Below are positions 1 to 12,550 of a stretch of 64,000 nt of DNA, piece by piece. This DNA comes from Eledone cirrhosa. Lineage: Eukaryota. Position numbers and translations under genes: made by a program. The notes below the pieces were generated by a model. That model was not told the DNA's origin, searched no databases, and saw only the letters and a list, made by a program, of their open reading frames with translations. Numbering within the stretch: the first letter of the stretch is position 1; each line of letters opens with the position of its first letter. The stretch is from NCBI GenBank assembly GCA_964016885.1, contig OZ024741.1, forward strand, positions 407,588,001-407,652,000, in the 5' to 3' direction.

Positions 1-190
1 TATCTTGTCTCACTCGCTTTACGCGTTTTAATTGTCCTAATAACTTAATTTAGTTATTATTGCACCGACGTGAGGTATATGATTTTTAATGCAATGAAAT
101 ATCTATGATCGTCGGCAAATCACTAATGAGGGACTTATTTTATTACATGTTATCCATGTGCAACCAGCAGTATTCTTCTCCCCATTTTTT

Positions 191-222
<32 letters not shown>

Positions 223-740
223 GAAGAATAAAAAAACAAATAATAATAATAAAAATAAACTATTTGTTTATTTATTTTTTTATTTATTTATTTGTTTATT
301 TATTTGTTTATTTATTTGTTTATTTATTTATTTATGTATTTCTTTAGCTTAGCAATAGCGAGAGACTTAAGTCTTAGTAACCAGACTTTGTTATTTTTTT
401 TTTCTCTCTCAGTACTTTTTATAGTTTTACCCTTCATTGTTCTACCTACCGTTTCGACTTCTCCCCCCCCCCCTCCCCAGTATCCTCTTTTACCTCACGC
501 CCAGTTGTAGCCGGCACTACCAACGCATGAATGGGTCTACTCCACCCCATCTCCCTTTTTCTCCTACCGGCAGGTTTAGCTACCCCTTCCCCCACCAATT
601 TGCCATCACAGATTTACTACTAACTTGTGATGTGACCAATCCTGGTGATTATCTCTTTGACCATATATGGAATCACCCCTTGATAAGCTCGGCTATTTAA
701 ATACCAGAATAAATTTTCATTCAGTCCAGAATTAGCCGTC

Positions 741-769
741 GAAACGGCTTGAGCTCAGCCGTCGGGGTC
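741..769 (+). ncRNA. 3' half of a hammerhead-like motif (GAAA, helix III, GUC); CUGANGA core not found upstream
   Basis: GAAACGGCT-TGAGCTC-AGCCGTC-GGGGTC; similar to both arms of the 8649-8726 palindrome. Confidence 0.4.
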
Positions 770-880
770 TTACTTGTTCCTATTACCCACTCTACTACCC
801 TAAGTACTTTGGTGCGTTATGGTCCACCTGGCTCCTTACCACATTTCCTTCGTTATATATATATATATATTATGTATATG

Positions 881-938
<58 letters not shown>

Positions 939-945
939 GTATATG

Positions 946-981
<36 letters not shown>

Positions 982-1294
982 TTTTATATATAAATTATTT
1001 TTTTAAGCAGAGAGTACCTGGTTTAGGATTGCAGAAACCCCATATTGGATTTTACCACCGTTTCCGGTGGTCCGGGTATAATTTTCAATCATACTTTATT
1101 ATTTGTTTGACCCGAATAGCTTGTTCGCTTATATGGTTGTGCGGATAATGGTTTAACCATCGTCTCAGTATGTTTGGCCTTTTAACGTATGTTGTAGCTC
1201 TAGTTCACTAGTTTCTATGGATCGCTTGCCACACATCTCGGAAGTTGTTTTTCTCTAATTTCCAATAGCCGAAATGCGATTCTCGCTAATTTAT

Positions 1295-1490
1295 ATATAT
1301 TTATTAAAATAACAGATTAAAGTTTAAGCAAAGAATCTCTGCTTTCACCCTTAAGGAGATCTTCTAAAACTCAGGTGAAAGCAGCGATTCTATAAATATT
1401 TGCTCTACGGTTCTTATATATCTGATATATATTTAACCATATCGAGCCCTCTTTGGATTTTAGTGTTCAAATTTATTATTATTACTATAT
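1295..1490. repeat. Diverged, partly deleted copy of the 5190-5420 palindromic element
   Basis: Shares ATTTATTAAAATAACAGATTAAAG...GCTTTCACCCTTAA, GGTGAAAGCAGCGATTCT and the downstream AAATATTTGCTC...CGAGCCC tail with 5190-5420. Confidence 0.75.
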
Positions 1491-1504
1491 ATATATATAT
1501 TTAT

Positions 1505-1710
1505 TTATACTTTTGGAGGGTCATGTTGCCAATAAGAAACACACGCACCAGTTGCTTTCACTCCAATTTATTATAAATTAAATTTATGAATTTAAGAATT
1601 TATAAATTTCCGGTTAGTTGGTTGGTTGGACCCTCCCAAAGTATAACAATATCGGTTTCAACACACGTTTTCAGAAAAAGAATCTTGCTAAACAAATTCA
1701 GAAACGAAAT
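1505..1710. repeat. Dispersed repeat shared with 9400-9597, with one block inverted
   Basis: GGAGGGTCATGTTGCCAATAAGAAACAC...TTGGTTGGTTGG matches 9473-9594 directly; 1630-1710 is the reverse complement of 9400-9480; another fragment at 10738-10780. Confidence 0.8.
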
Positions 1711-1722
1711 ATATATATATAT

Positions 1723-1891
1723 ATACGATTTTTTCCACCTCCCACATATTCAATACGGTTTCATTCAACATTTCGCCAATTGCTACACCTTACGACCGAT
1801 TTTCAAGAAACTCGCAGTCGCTAAGATCAACACCTTTTCATCAAAACAGATATTATTTACACACCCAGGCAACGCTGGGTACTGCTTCTAG
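1723..1891 (+). mobile_element. Inverted duplicate of the 3' end of the adjacent Helitron
   Basis: Reverse complement of 1938-2106; ends in hairpin CCCAG-GCAACG-CTGGG then CTAG|T. Confidence 0.75.
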
Positions 1892-1937
<46 letters not shown>

Positions 1938-2867
1938 CTAGAAGCAGTACCCAGCGTTGCCTGGGTGTGTAAATAATATCTGTTTTGATGAAAAGGTGTT
2001 GATCTTAGCGACTGCGAGTTTCTTGAAAATCGGTCGTAAGGTGTAGCAATTGGCGAAATGTTGAATGAAACCGTATTGAATATGTGGGAGGTGGAAAAAA
2101 TCGTATTTTGAAGAGTTAAACGGCTGTCACGCCGTCTCTGAACAAAAATGCAAAGTGTAAAGCTAATATACGATGTGCAATGATAGGTTCTATCGTAGTA
2201 CAAAAGTTGAACCAAATAAATTGATTTATGTGAGAGGTGGAGCCTAAGTTTCGAATTTGAACGAAATCGGTTGAAAAATGTGGGAGCTAGAGCCGTAAAG
2301 GCGGAAATTTGAGCGAAAAGGTGGTATTTTCGAATATTTAAGCGGCTGCTACGCCGTTCCTGAACAAAAAATCCAAAAGGTAAAGCAACTTTAAGATGTG
2401 AAATAATCAGATCTAGCGTACTGTAAAATTTGAACAAAGTAGATTGATTAATGTGGGAGCTAGAGCCGAAAAGTGGAAATTTGAGTCTAAAAGTGGTATT
2501 TTTGAATATTTAAGCTGCTGCCACGCTGTTCCTGAACAACGACTGCAAAATATAAAGTCATAACAGGATGTGCAAGGATAAATTCTATTTTGCTTTAAAA
2601 TTTGAACGAAATCGGTGGTAAAATGAGGGAGCTAGAGCCAAATATCTTATTTTTCGATACCTAAAAAAAGGTGACCTCCCCTATCGATTTTTATCTGCAG
2701 AATGACCCCGGAATAAAAAAAAAACGATACGCTGATATATAGAAAACACTTGCCAATGATTAATCTATGAGCCTGTAAAGTTTCATGAAAATCGGTCGTA
2801 AGATGTAGGCCCCTGTAGGCAATACACAGACACACAGACACACACATACTTAATTTTACATATATAC

Positions 2868-2870
<3 letters not shown>
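1938..2870 (-). mobile_element. Non-autonomous Helitron, about 930 bp
   Basis: Minus strand starts A|TCTGTATATATGTAAAATTAAGTATGTGTGTGTCTG and ends with a GC-rich hairpin plus CTAG|T; no TSD; diverged ~180-bp internal subrepeats at 2100-2640. Confidence 0.75.
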
Positions 2871-2932
<62 letters not shown>

Positions 2933-3052
2933 AGTTCTATTTAGGATACAACAAGCAAATATTTTTATAACTGATATAAAGCACTCAACAAATTTTTGGA
3001 GTAAAAATACAATATATTAACAAATGGAAACTATATTTATAAAACCATATTT

Positions 3053-3115
3053 ATTTCATTACACATATTTCAAGGACACCAAAGCAAATTATGGTGCGCT
3101 TTCTTCAGATAAAAT
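3053..3115 (-). ncRNA. Type I hammerhead ribozyme motif, PLE-type
   Basis: Minus strand: ATTTTAT-CTGAAGA-AAGCGCACCA..TGGTGTCCTT-GAAA-TATGTG-TA-ATGAAAT; helix I 7 bp with one G-U, helix II ~9 bp, GUA site. Confidence 0.7.
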
Positions 3116-3197
3116 ATAATATAGATCAGTTTTATAAACAAATATTGACATACCCTTAAAGAATGCAACCATGTCGGTTGGAAGCTCCCGGATAGTG

Positions 3198-3348
<151 letters not shown>

Positions 3349-3352
3349 TATC

Positions 3353-3404
<52 letters not shown>

Positions 3405-3445
3405 CGAAACATAAGTCAATTGCATGAACTCATAATCCTTTATTT

Positions 3446-3501
3446 ACTGTTATATATATTTCGATGATAGCCATTGAATGGCTATAACCTCTTCAGGCAG
3501 T
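3446..3501 (-). ncRNA. Type I hammerhead ribozyme motif
   Basis: Minus strand: ACTGC-CTGAAGA-GGTTATAGCCAT-TCA-ATGGCTATCATC-GAAA-TATATA-TA-ACAGT; palindromic helix III; first helix I pair mismatched. Confidence 0.65.
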
Positions 3502-3710
3502 TAGTCAGTTCTTAGATATGCCACCTCTGTGTTTATAGTGTTGATGGTATCACAGCCTTGGGACATATGTATATATATAAATTATATATACGTTTATATA
3601 TATATTTTCCAAGAGATGTCAAGATGAAAGGACCCGTTATTTTTATCTAGATACCTTTTCATACAATTCCAACCCGCCCCTTCCCTCAATCTATCTTATT
3701 TCTCATTCTT

Positions 3711-3747
3711 TCTTCTGATGAAGGACTAGCGTTCGAAACGTTAAAAC
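3711..3747 (+). ncRNA. Minimal hammerhead motif with weak helix I
   Basis: CTGATGA-A-GGAC-TAGC-GTTC-GAAA-CG-TT; AACGTT palindrome at helix III. Confidence 0.5.
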
Positions 3748-4300
3748 CCTCTTCCTGCTATTTCAAGCGTTAACCTAATATATCCCTTCCATATACTGTA
3801 CCGATTGTGTTGTTATTTCTGTTTACCTTTTACACACACACATTCGTGTTTGATTACCTGTCTCTCTTTCTCCACCCAACTCTTTTTATCCCAATAACTT
3901 AATTTAGTTATTGTATCGCCCTAGCCGGAGGTATATGGTCTGTAATGCGAAGAAATAACTATGATGGCTAGTAGATCACTGATGATGGATAGTCTTGGCT
4001 TCTATTTCTAATTCTTTATTATATATATATTTGCAACACAACTCGCCATTTTTCATTCATATATACTTTCCCCTTCGCTGTGACCTGTCTTTTTCTCTTC
4101 CCTTATTGCTATCCTCTTTCTCTCTCCCCCTTCTCTCTCGTTCTCTCTCTTACTTTCACTCACCCCCGTCTGCTAGTCACCCTCTTTCGGCTAGCCTCTT
4201 CCTCACACTTTCACTCACTCACTCACTGCTACTCACCCTCTCTCTCACTTCCTCCATCGTCCCACACTGTACGAAATTCTTTCTTCGCTCACATTCGCAT

Positions 4301-4431
4301 GTGGTTGCTTGCCTTAACACCGTGCGGCATAAATTCAGGCTGTTCAGTTTGTTTACAAACGAACAAAGCGGGCGCTATAATAAGCGTCCGCTAAACTGAT
4401 ACGTACATATATGTATGTGTACCTGTATGTA

Positions 4432-4501
<70 letters not shown>

Positions 4502-4562
4502 TAAACAAATAATGAATAAACAATTCCTTATATTAAACAAAAAATGAATAAACAATTCCTTA

Positions 4563-4607
<45 letters not shown>

Positions 4608-5040
4608 GCATGCTACTGTACGTCTGTATACATATATGTATGTACGTATACATACATACTTACATTTAAGTAAGTGCCATACTAAGAGTGAGAAATGAAA
4701 TTTCGTTTTCATTTTATTACAACTCATCGTTTTCGGTGCGCCTGACCGATTTAACTCACTCGATATGCAAATTAGACTGCTCAGCCGTTAATTTTCATAA
4801 GGAAAGTATATACTTTCGAACGTTCAACTATCTGGCAGATGGGTATACGGTGCTGATGATAGCTAACAAGCTTGAAACTAGTACATCGTTCCTGTGTCAG
4901 TGTTGAACAAAAAGGTGACGTGGTTGCCTTAACACCGTGCGGCATAAATTCAGGCTGTTCAGTTTGTCTACAAACGAACAAAGCGGGCGCTATAATAAGC
5001 GTCCGCTAAACTGATACGTACATATATGTATGTGTACCTG

Positions 5041-5119
<79 letters not shown>

Positions 5120-5180
5120 GCATGCTACTGTACGTCTGTATACATATATGTATGTACGTATACATACATACTTACATTTA
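4301..5180 (+). repeat. Partial tandem duplication (4301-4668 repeated at 4920-5180) enclosing a hammerhead
   Basis: GTGGTTGC..CTTAACACCGTGCGGC...(TA)n...CGCATGCTACTGTACG..CTTACATTTA occurs twice; related fragment at 14105-14210. Confidence 0.85.
4847..4889 (+). ncRNA. Minimal type I hammerhead ribozyme motif, best preserved copy
   Basis: ACGGTG-CTGATGA-T-AGCT-AACA-AGCT-T-GAAA-CTAG-TA-CATCGT; 6-bp helix I, 4-bp helix II, ACTAGT palindrome, GUA site. Confidence 0.8.
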
Positions 5181-5189
5181 TATATATAT

Positions 5190-5326
5190 ATATTTATTAA
5201 AATAACAGATTAAAGATTAAGCAAAGAATCGCTGCTTTCACCCTTAACGGGATCTTCTGAAGATCCCGTTAAGGGTGAAAGCAGCGATTCTTTACTTAAA
5301 CTTTAATCTGTTATTTTAATAAATAT
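5190..5326. repeat. Near-perfect palindrome with ~68-bp arms centred on CTGAAGA
   Basis: GATCTTC-T-GAAGATC axis at 5258; right arm reads CTGAAGA-TCCC-GTTAA-GGGT-GAAA. Confidence 0.85.
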
Positions 5327-5437
5327 TTGCTCGACGGTTTTTATATATTTGATATATATTTATCTTTGTCGAGCCCTTTTTGTATTTTAGTCTTCAAATG
5401 TTTTATTATTACTATATATATATATATATATATACAT

Positions 5438-5526
<89 letters not shown>

Positions 5527-5947
5527 CGACACTAATATTCCGGACATCAAAGGGACTTTCGAAAAAAAATCGTTTAGTTTAATTAAATAATGTAAATTAA
5601 ATAGAAATGACAGGAGGTGTTTTTTTAGATTTATTAGCTTTTATTGTAATTGTTTATTTCTCATCATTTATTATTTTCTTAATGTATCCATCTGTCTACA
5701 TTGTTTATTATTTCTCTTCATTTATATGTTGTAATGTTTTCTTTTCTCTATCCTCTTCCTATTGGTTTAGAAATGTCTTCTATACAAAATCATTAAATCA
5801 ATTTACGTCTTGGTAACAAGCTTTTAAGACTCTAACACATAATGTTCTTATAAATGAAACTAGAAATATAAATATGTGGGTAATTGATTATCATGAGAAA
5901 ATAGAAACCATTAAGTAAGCATATTAGAATTGTGTTGCGTTGTTATT

Positions 5948-6590
5948 GAATTGGCAATATCAGTAGAGGGGCGGACGCCATGCTTTGTAGCGTAGAGGTA
6001 CGACCCTTTACCGCCTGAGTTCAAACCCCGCCGAGGTTAACTTTGCCTTTCATCCTTACGGGGTCGATAAAATAAAGTACCAGTAATACACTGGAGTAAT
6101 TGCTGGCCTTGTGTCAAAAGTAGAAACAATTATTAATATTAACATTAAGGGATTATGGTGGATTGGCAGTATCGGTAGAGGGTCGGACGACATGCTTTGC
6201 AGCATAGAGTTACGGCCCTTTATGATCTGAGTTCAAATCCCGCCGAGGTTAACTTTGCCTTTCATCCTTACAGGGTCGATGAAATAAAGTACCAGTCACG
6301 CACTGGGGTCGATTTAATCGACTTCCCCCCAAAAAAAAATTGCTGGCCTTGTCTCTATATAAGAAAACAATATTAAGGGGGGTGAATTGGCAGTATCGGT
6401 AAAGCGTCGGACAGACTGCTTCGCACCATAGAGTTACGGCACTTTAGGTTCTGAGTTCAAATTCCGCCGAGGTTAGTTTTACTTTTCATCCTAACGGGAT
6501 CGATAAAATAAAGTACCAGTAATTCTTTATTTTATGGTACGCCATGATCGACTTTCCCCCTCCCCGCCCAACAAAAGTAACTACTGGCTT
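5948..6590 (+). mobile_element. Three tandem tRNA-derived SINEs (about 5948-6135, 6149-6372, 6377-6590)
   Basis: A box TGGCAGTATCGG, B box GAGTTCAAATCC, central GCCTTTCATCCTTACGGGGTCGATAAAATAAAGTACCAG (resembles Deu/Nin-type SINE domains), AT-rich tail. Confidence 0.85.
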
Positions 6591-6726
6591 AATATATTGT
6601 GTAGAATTCTGGTAGATTTAGTGATGGTAAAAATTTAGATAAGGTTGAAGTTAATATTACTAAAATACTATTTTAAACAAATACATTGCTTTATGAACGG
6701 GTGGGAGATTGGGTGCGTAGGTATAA

Positions 6727-6945
6727 AAACACACACAAACACATTCACACTTACAAACACATTCACACTTACAAACACATTCACACAACTACACACATAC
6801 ATTTACACAAACACACACATACATTCACACAAACACACATACATTCACACAACCACACATACATTCACACAAACACACATACATTTACACAAACACACAC
6901 ATAGATCCACACAAACACACACATACACACATACACTCACATATA
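6727..6945. repeat. Degenerate (CA)n/ACAT compound microsatellite
   Basis: Direct inspection. Confidence 0.9.
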
Positions 6946-8111
6946 ACGTAGGAAATGAAACGCCAGCCGCTGTTTTGTTATAGTTTTTTCACCATCTCCT
7001 TCCTTCCGTTTACACACACACATCCACACAAACACACAGACACACATTATTTGACGGACGGAAGTCGCTCAAATTTATATGTAGATGGTGCTGTAACACA
7101 ACAGCTTATAGAATTGGTTGGCTGTCTGTTTTGAAGTTGAGTTTTGGTAGTTGTTGTTGTCGATGTTGCCCAAGTATATTATTATTGAACAGACAAATCA
7201 TTAACGACATTCCAGCCGTGACAGTCCTATATTATTCGTATTGTGTATCTAACAATACATAACCTAATATTTGCTTTTCTTACTTAAGACAATATGGTGT
7301 GATCTGAAGAGATATGGCACAGCATTATATTCCAAGGTTAAACAATTCATGACTATAAGACTACATTCTACACTGTCCTGGTATTATATTAAATTAAAGA
7401 TATTATCGTTATTAACTGCAACCTATTGAAACTTCACACAATTTCGCAATAAAGAATCGTGTTGACCTTATAGCATGTTTTGCTAGTTAAGGTGACACAG
7501 ATATCATGTTGAAATATAGAGTTGTCACATGGAATTAAGTGTCTACCATATGAATTAGAGAATAAATGTAAGGCACAATTGTGTTAATGTAATGTGCTTC
7601 CAGCAGCAGTAGGATTGCGTCGATTTCTGATTAGACCTAGCGTAGCCTATCAGGCTAGCTGTAGATTGAGGTTGAACATCAAAGCAAAGTTTCTTAGACT
7701 GAACCAGGAAGGAGAAAATACCAACACTGAGAACAAAATAAAAATCTTCTGCGTATGTTAAAAAAAAATTAGTTGAAACACGTTTGAAGTGGAGAGAGCT
7801 GCACTTTGTTTTTTTGTGGGGTTCCACCGATTATACTGAAAAAGCGTTGTACAGCAAAGAGCTAAACAAGTCGGCCATCTTGTGATGAGTGTTGTGCAGC
7901 GTGATATCAATGGCAGGAATAATGGTTGTGGGAAGGTGCTGAAATATATATAACCGTCAGTCAATAGTTGACGAGAGGAATGTATCACAGTGGATGCTGT
8001 ACATAATAAATACATAAATGGTTATATATTAATACATACATGTATATATAAATAATTTCGCATATCGTTATGTAGATATATACTTACATTATATATATAT
8101 GCGTGTGTATT

Positions 8112-8297
8112 GTGAATTGGCAGTATCTGTTGAGGGTCGGACACCATACTTTTCAGCATAGAGTTACGTCCATTTACGATCTGAGTTCAAATCCCGTCGA
8201 GGTTAACTTTGCCTTTCATCCTTAAGGGGTCGAAAAATAAAGTATCAGTAATACACTGGGTAATTGCTAGCCTTGTGCCAAAAGTAGAAACAATTAT
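8112..8297 (+). mobile_element. tRNA-derived SINE, same family
   Basis: Same A/B boxes, central domain and CCTTGTGCCAAAAGTAGAAACAATT tail. Confidence 0.85.
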
Positions 8298-8648
8298 ATA
8301 TATGTGTGTGTATATATGTGCATGTGTAATTATTTATATCTTTACAATTTGAAACATTCCGATGAAATGATAAATGAAGATAAATCTATTGAGTTTATTA
8401 GAAAGAAGAGGTAAATAAATAAAGTTTTATGAAAGACACAGACTACTTCGATGTGGCCTCCGTTGGTTGTAGGGACCATATCAAGATGATGCTGTACTTC
8501 TGACAATGCGTGTAGGGGTTTGCCCTCATCAATGATAGAAGTTGTGAAGATAATATATGAACACCCTTTACACACACACTCACACACACACACATACACG
8601 CATACAAAAACATATATATATATTTATATATATATAAGAATGTGTCAG

Positions 8649-8726
8649 GACCTAGACGGCCGAGCTCTTGCCGTTTCAGCAGCTGAAACTATTTGTTGAA
8701 ACGGCAAAAGTTCAGTCGTCGAGGTC
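8649..8726. repeat. Diverged palindrome made of hammerhead 3' halves
   Basis: GACCTAGACGGCCGAGCTCTTGCCGTTTCAGCA versus TGTTGAAACGGCAAAAGTTCAGTCGTCGAGGTC; nested GTTTCAGC-A-GCTGAAAC near the centre. Confidence 0.65.
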
Positions 8727-8857
8727 ATTACTCACTCATATAAGCATATTCCACTGCCCCTAGTATTGAGTACTCTGGTCAGTAATGGTCTAACCAGTTA
8801 CTTACTAAATCCATCTTGATTTATACGCACACACACACACATACACACACACACACC

Positions 8858-8915
<58 letters not shown>

Positions 8916-9038
8916 GGAGGTGAGTTTTATTGTAGTACAATAAAGCAATGCAGATATCGGATAAGAAGCACTCTACAGTTTGTAGGACTGGAGTATACAT
9001 AATATAAGATCAAAAGATGGTTAAAGGAGTTCCATGTA

Positions 9039-9105
9039 TTTTATTATGCGCATTTCAAAAACAAACATCATCATGCAATAATATTTGTGTTTTCATCAGA
9101 TAAAA
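9039..9105 (-). ncRNA. Type I hammerhead motif, mirror copy
   Basis: Reverse complement of 9230-9296. Confidence 0.7.
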
Positions 9106-9229
9106 CAGGAGATCATGATATGAAGGCTAAAAAACACTTGTGGATAGTGCAGTTTTAAATCAACATATATGTTGATTTAAAACTGCACTATCCACAAGTG
9201 TTTTTTAGCCTTCATATCATGTTCTCCTG

Positions 9230-9296
9230 TTTTATCTGATGAAAACACAAATATTATTGCATGATGATGTTTGTTTTTGAAATGCGCATAATAAAA
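9230..9296 (+). ncRNA. Type I hammerhead ribozyme motif
   Basis: TTTTAT-CTGATGA-AAACACAAATATTAT..ATGATGTTTGTTTTT-GAAA-TGCGCA-TA-ATAAAA; 6-bp helix I, long helix II, ATGCGCAT palindrome, AUA site. Confidence 0.75.
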
Positions 9297-9328
9297 TACA
9301 TGGAACTCCTTTAACCATCTTTTGATCT

Positions 9329-9402
<74 letters not shown>

Positions 9403-9735
9403 CGTTTCTGAATTTGTTTAGCAAGATTCTTTATCTGAAATCGTGTGTTGAAACCGATATTGTTATACTTTGGGAGGGTCATGTTGCCAATAAGAAACAC
9501 ACACACCAGTTGCTTTCACTTCAATTTATTATATATTTATAAATTTATAAATTTACAAATTTACAAACTTATAAATTTCTGGTTGGTTGGTTGGTTCCAC
9601 AACCAGATAGTTGTTTATATATAGTCATAGTCCTTTCGTCACACATTCTGTGACCTCTTCAGTGACTGGGGATTCCTTTCTTCGTTTCTGTGCCTTTCCT
9701 TTCCTCTATCCTACGCCATTTTGTTTCTGTGTGTG

Positions 9736-9774
<39 letters not shown>

Positions 9775-9891
9775 ATTAATAAAAGGAATTACAACTTTGT
9801 CTGATTTACTCGTTTTATTTACAATCCTTTCAAATTTATAATGGTATTAGAATGAAATAGTATAGTAGAATATTAAATGTTAAGTGTTAAT

Positions 9892-9930
9892 TGAACAAGT
9901 ACTTTCATGCTTTCGCAATCTTCAGGTTCA
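9892..9930 (-). ncRNA. Minimal type I hammerhead ribozyme motif
   Basis: Minus strand: TGAAC-CTGAAGA-T-TGC-GAAA-GCA-T-GAAA-GTAC-TT-GTTCA; 5-bp helix I, GNRA-capped helix II, AGTACT palindrome. Confidence 0.7.
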
Positions 9931-10185
9931 TATTCTGTAGTGACAGTCAAGTTTGCAATTTTCAACTGTAATGAGATGGGTAAATTTTGTGCCTTGAAAA
10001 GTGGCTCCAGAATGCTAAATCTTGCAAACTGTAGGTTGACCAATCGGTGTGTAGTTTCACTGGATTACTAAAGCTGATTGGTTTAGGCGTCACCGTTGGT
10101 TGAGCATGTCTAACGACTACTAATTGACCCTATCCAAAGCATCAATTGTTTTGCTATTTTTAGAAATGATGAAAATCGTTTTGCA

Positions 10186-10460
10186 CGTCGGGAAGAGGGG
10201 GCCAAACTCATCAAGTATCGGTCGCTCTCCGACAGGTTTACGGTCGTACCCCTGGCAGTAGAGACTTCTGGTGTCCTCAGCCCCAGAGCTACCTCCTTAC
10301 TCACCACCATAGGCGCTGAGCTGGCCAGCCGCAGGTGTGAGCCCGGCGAGTTGGAATGGCTTTTCCAGCGCGTCTCTCTTGCCGTCCTCCGGGGAAACGT
10401 CTTCTCCATTCTGTCCGCCGGGGCTGTGGGTGGGCCCCATCGCGTACCGTTTTAGTTGTT
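10186..10460 (+). mobile_element. 3' fragment of a CRE-clade non-LTR retrotransposon (restriction-like endonuclease C-terminus)
   Basis: Hand translation: REEGAKLIKYRSLSDRFTVVPLAVETSGVLSPRATSLLTTIGAELASRRCEPGELEWLFQRVSLAVLRGN, fitting the K..KY / P.A.ET.G / FQR.S.A..RGN pattern. Confidence 0.75.
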
Positions 10461-10544
10461 ATAGAAGAAATAGGAAGACAACAACTGGAAAGTTTGATTT
10501 TCTACTTTATCATTTACTTTTATTATCTATTATTATGTATTAAA

Positions 10545-10660
10545 CCTCAAATCCCGCCGAGGTTAACTTTGCCTTTCATCCTTACGGGTCGATCAAATAA
10601 AGTACCAGTAATGTACTGGGTAATTGCTGGCCTTGTGCCAAAAAGTAGAAACAATTATTA
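10545..10660 (+). mobile_element. 5'-truncated SINE, same family
   Basis: TCAAATCCCGCCGAGGTTAACTTTGCC...AGTAGAAACAATTATTA. Confidence 0.85.
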
Positions 10661-11156
10661 TGTATTAAACTTCCAATATAAGAAAAAAAACAGTGAGTGT
10701 GTTTTATTATTATGTCTGGCAATATTATAACAATATGACCCTCCCCAAATATAATAATATTTGTTTCAACACACGATTTCATACCATAGGCATTGTTAGC
10801 TTAAGTGAATCTTAAAAATCAGGAGTGGCACCCCCAGAGTGAACCCGTCTATAGAATTCTTTCTGGCTTTGTTATTCTAAATATAGTTTTTAAAGAATTA
10901 GCTTTTAAATAATTCCCTTTTCTTTAAACCCATCAACCAATGACCTCCACCCATCCCAATTACCACCCTCACCACTAGAAAATATATAAATACCACCATA
11001 TCACTTGGACAGTCAGCTTCCTGATTATTTCTCCCGAATGAAGCAGTTCTAGTCCTGTAGAAGCCTTTTCTATTTTAAATATTAAATATTAAATATTTAT
11101 ACTCTGCTTTGTATTGAGTACCTTACTTACCGTGGTTACCCCCGATTGAACCTGGG

Positions 11157-11193
<37 letters not shown>

Positions 11194-11199
11194 AAATAT

Positions 11200-12158
11200 A
11201 AAACTATCAAACATTCCAAACGCTCTGATTCTATCAGGACACCTGAATTTATTCAGGAAGTTAAGCAAAACATTGATGACAATCCAGGAAAATCAATAAG
11301 ACCAATTGCAAAAAATGTTGGTGTGTCAGGAAAAACAATCAGAAATGTTGTGCATGAAGACATCAGATACAAATCTTACGTGATGAGGAGAAGTCAATTC
11401 ATGTCAGAAAAAACAAAAGAAAAGCGTTTAATCAGATCCAAAAGACTTTTAAACAAACTTTAAAATCCATCAGAAGATGATGTTATTTGGTTTTTCTCAG
11501 CTGAGAAAAACTTTGACCAGGACCAGAAAACTAACAGAAGAAATGACAGGTGGCTATGTGCAGACATTTATGAGGTTCCAAGAGTAATGCACACACAATT
11601 TCCTGCGTCATGGTTTTGGGTGTTGTTAGCAATGGACATGTGATGCCTCCTCACTTTTTTCCACATATATTGAGGTTCTGGATATAGTTGTTAAACAGTG
11701 TATGCAATGGAAGGCCTTATATCTCTCAACGAGATTCTGCACCATCACACAAGGCTCAAATGACACAACAATGGATGGCCGACAATTTGCATGATCACAT
11801 CACCCCCAACATTTGGCCTCCTAATTCTCCAGATGTCAATCTACTGGACTACTATGTATGGAGTATCGTTAAGAAAAATGTCAATGAACACCCCCATAGC
11901 ACCAAAGATTCTTTGAAAGCCGCCACAATTGGAGCCATGTCCGATATGAACAAGGACCACTTAATCCGAGCTTGTAAACGATTTTGACCCCGTGTAAAGG
12001 CAGTTATTGATGCCTGTGGTGGTTTTATTGAATGAAATTATTAAATTGATAATTTAGCTTTATGTATGTTATTTTCATAAGAATACAGTTTTTTCCTGTT
12101 ATTATGTAAGCATGTTTTTAAAACCATAAATGTGTCCTCAAATACCGCACGCAGTCTG
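11200..12158 (+). mobile_element. Degenerate Tc1/mariner transposon, DD37D (maT) type; 5' end missing
   Basis: WFFS(A)EKNFDQDQKTNRRNDRW, then D-x37-D in RDSAPSHKA...WPPNSPDVNLLDY; stops and frameshifts; right end CTG|TA. Confidence 0.85.
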
Positions 12159-12190
<32 letters not shown>

Positions 12191-12273
12191 CAGCGAAGGG
12201 GAAAATGCACGGAAGTATATTTAAAGATAATATTTTCTTTAATCCAAGAGAATGAATAATAATATAATTGTCG

Positions 12274-12312
12274 CATAACCGGTTATGATTGGTATAACAA
12301 TCTTATCAGATA
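12274..12312 (-). ncRNA. Decayed hammerhead relic
   Basis: Minus strand: CTGATAA-GATTG-TTATAC-CAATC-ATAA-CCGG-TT; both core boxes mutated, helix II and ACCGGT palindrome kept. Confidence 0.35.
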
Positions 12313-12417
12313 TTAGATATTAAATATCAAATATTTAAAAAATGTTTTTTCATGTATTCTGGGTGTGGTAGTGAAGTTGGAGGTGGGGTTGAACAAACCA
12401 GGATTTAATTGAATTCA

Positions 12418-12545
<128 letters not shown>

Positions 12546-12550
12546 TACCT

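Larger units (their letters stand above)
8999..9336. repeat. Spacerless palindrome, ~169-bp arms, one mismatch seen, a hammerhead in each arm
   Basis: Axis CAACATA|TATGTTG at 9167/9168; followed by (TA)n. Confidence 0.95.

Noticed and set aside
7555-8015. Possible host exon or promoter (minus-strand TTTCAG acceptor, CAAGATGGCCG YY1-like motif)
   Set aside because: No recognisable protein motif or matching donor, and the ATG frame closes after about 15 codons.
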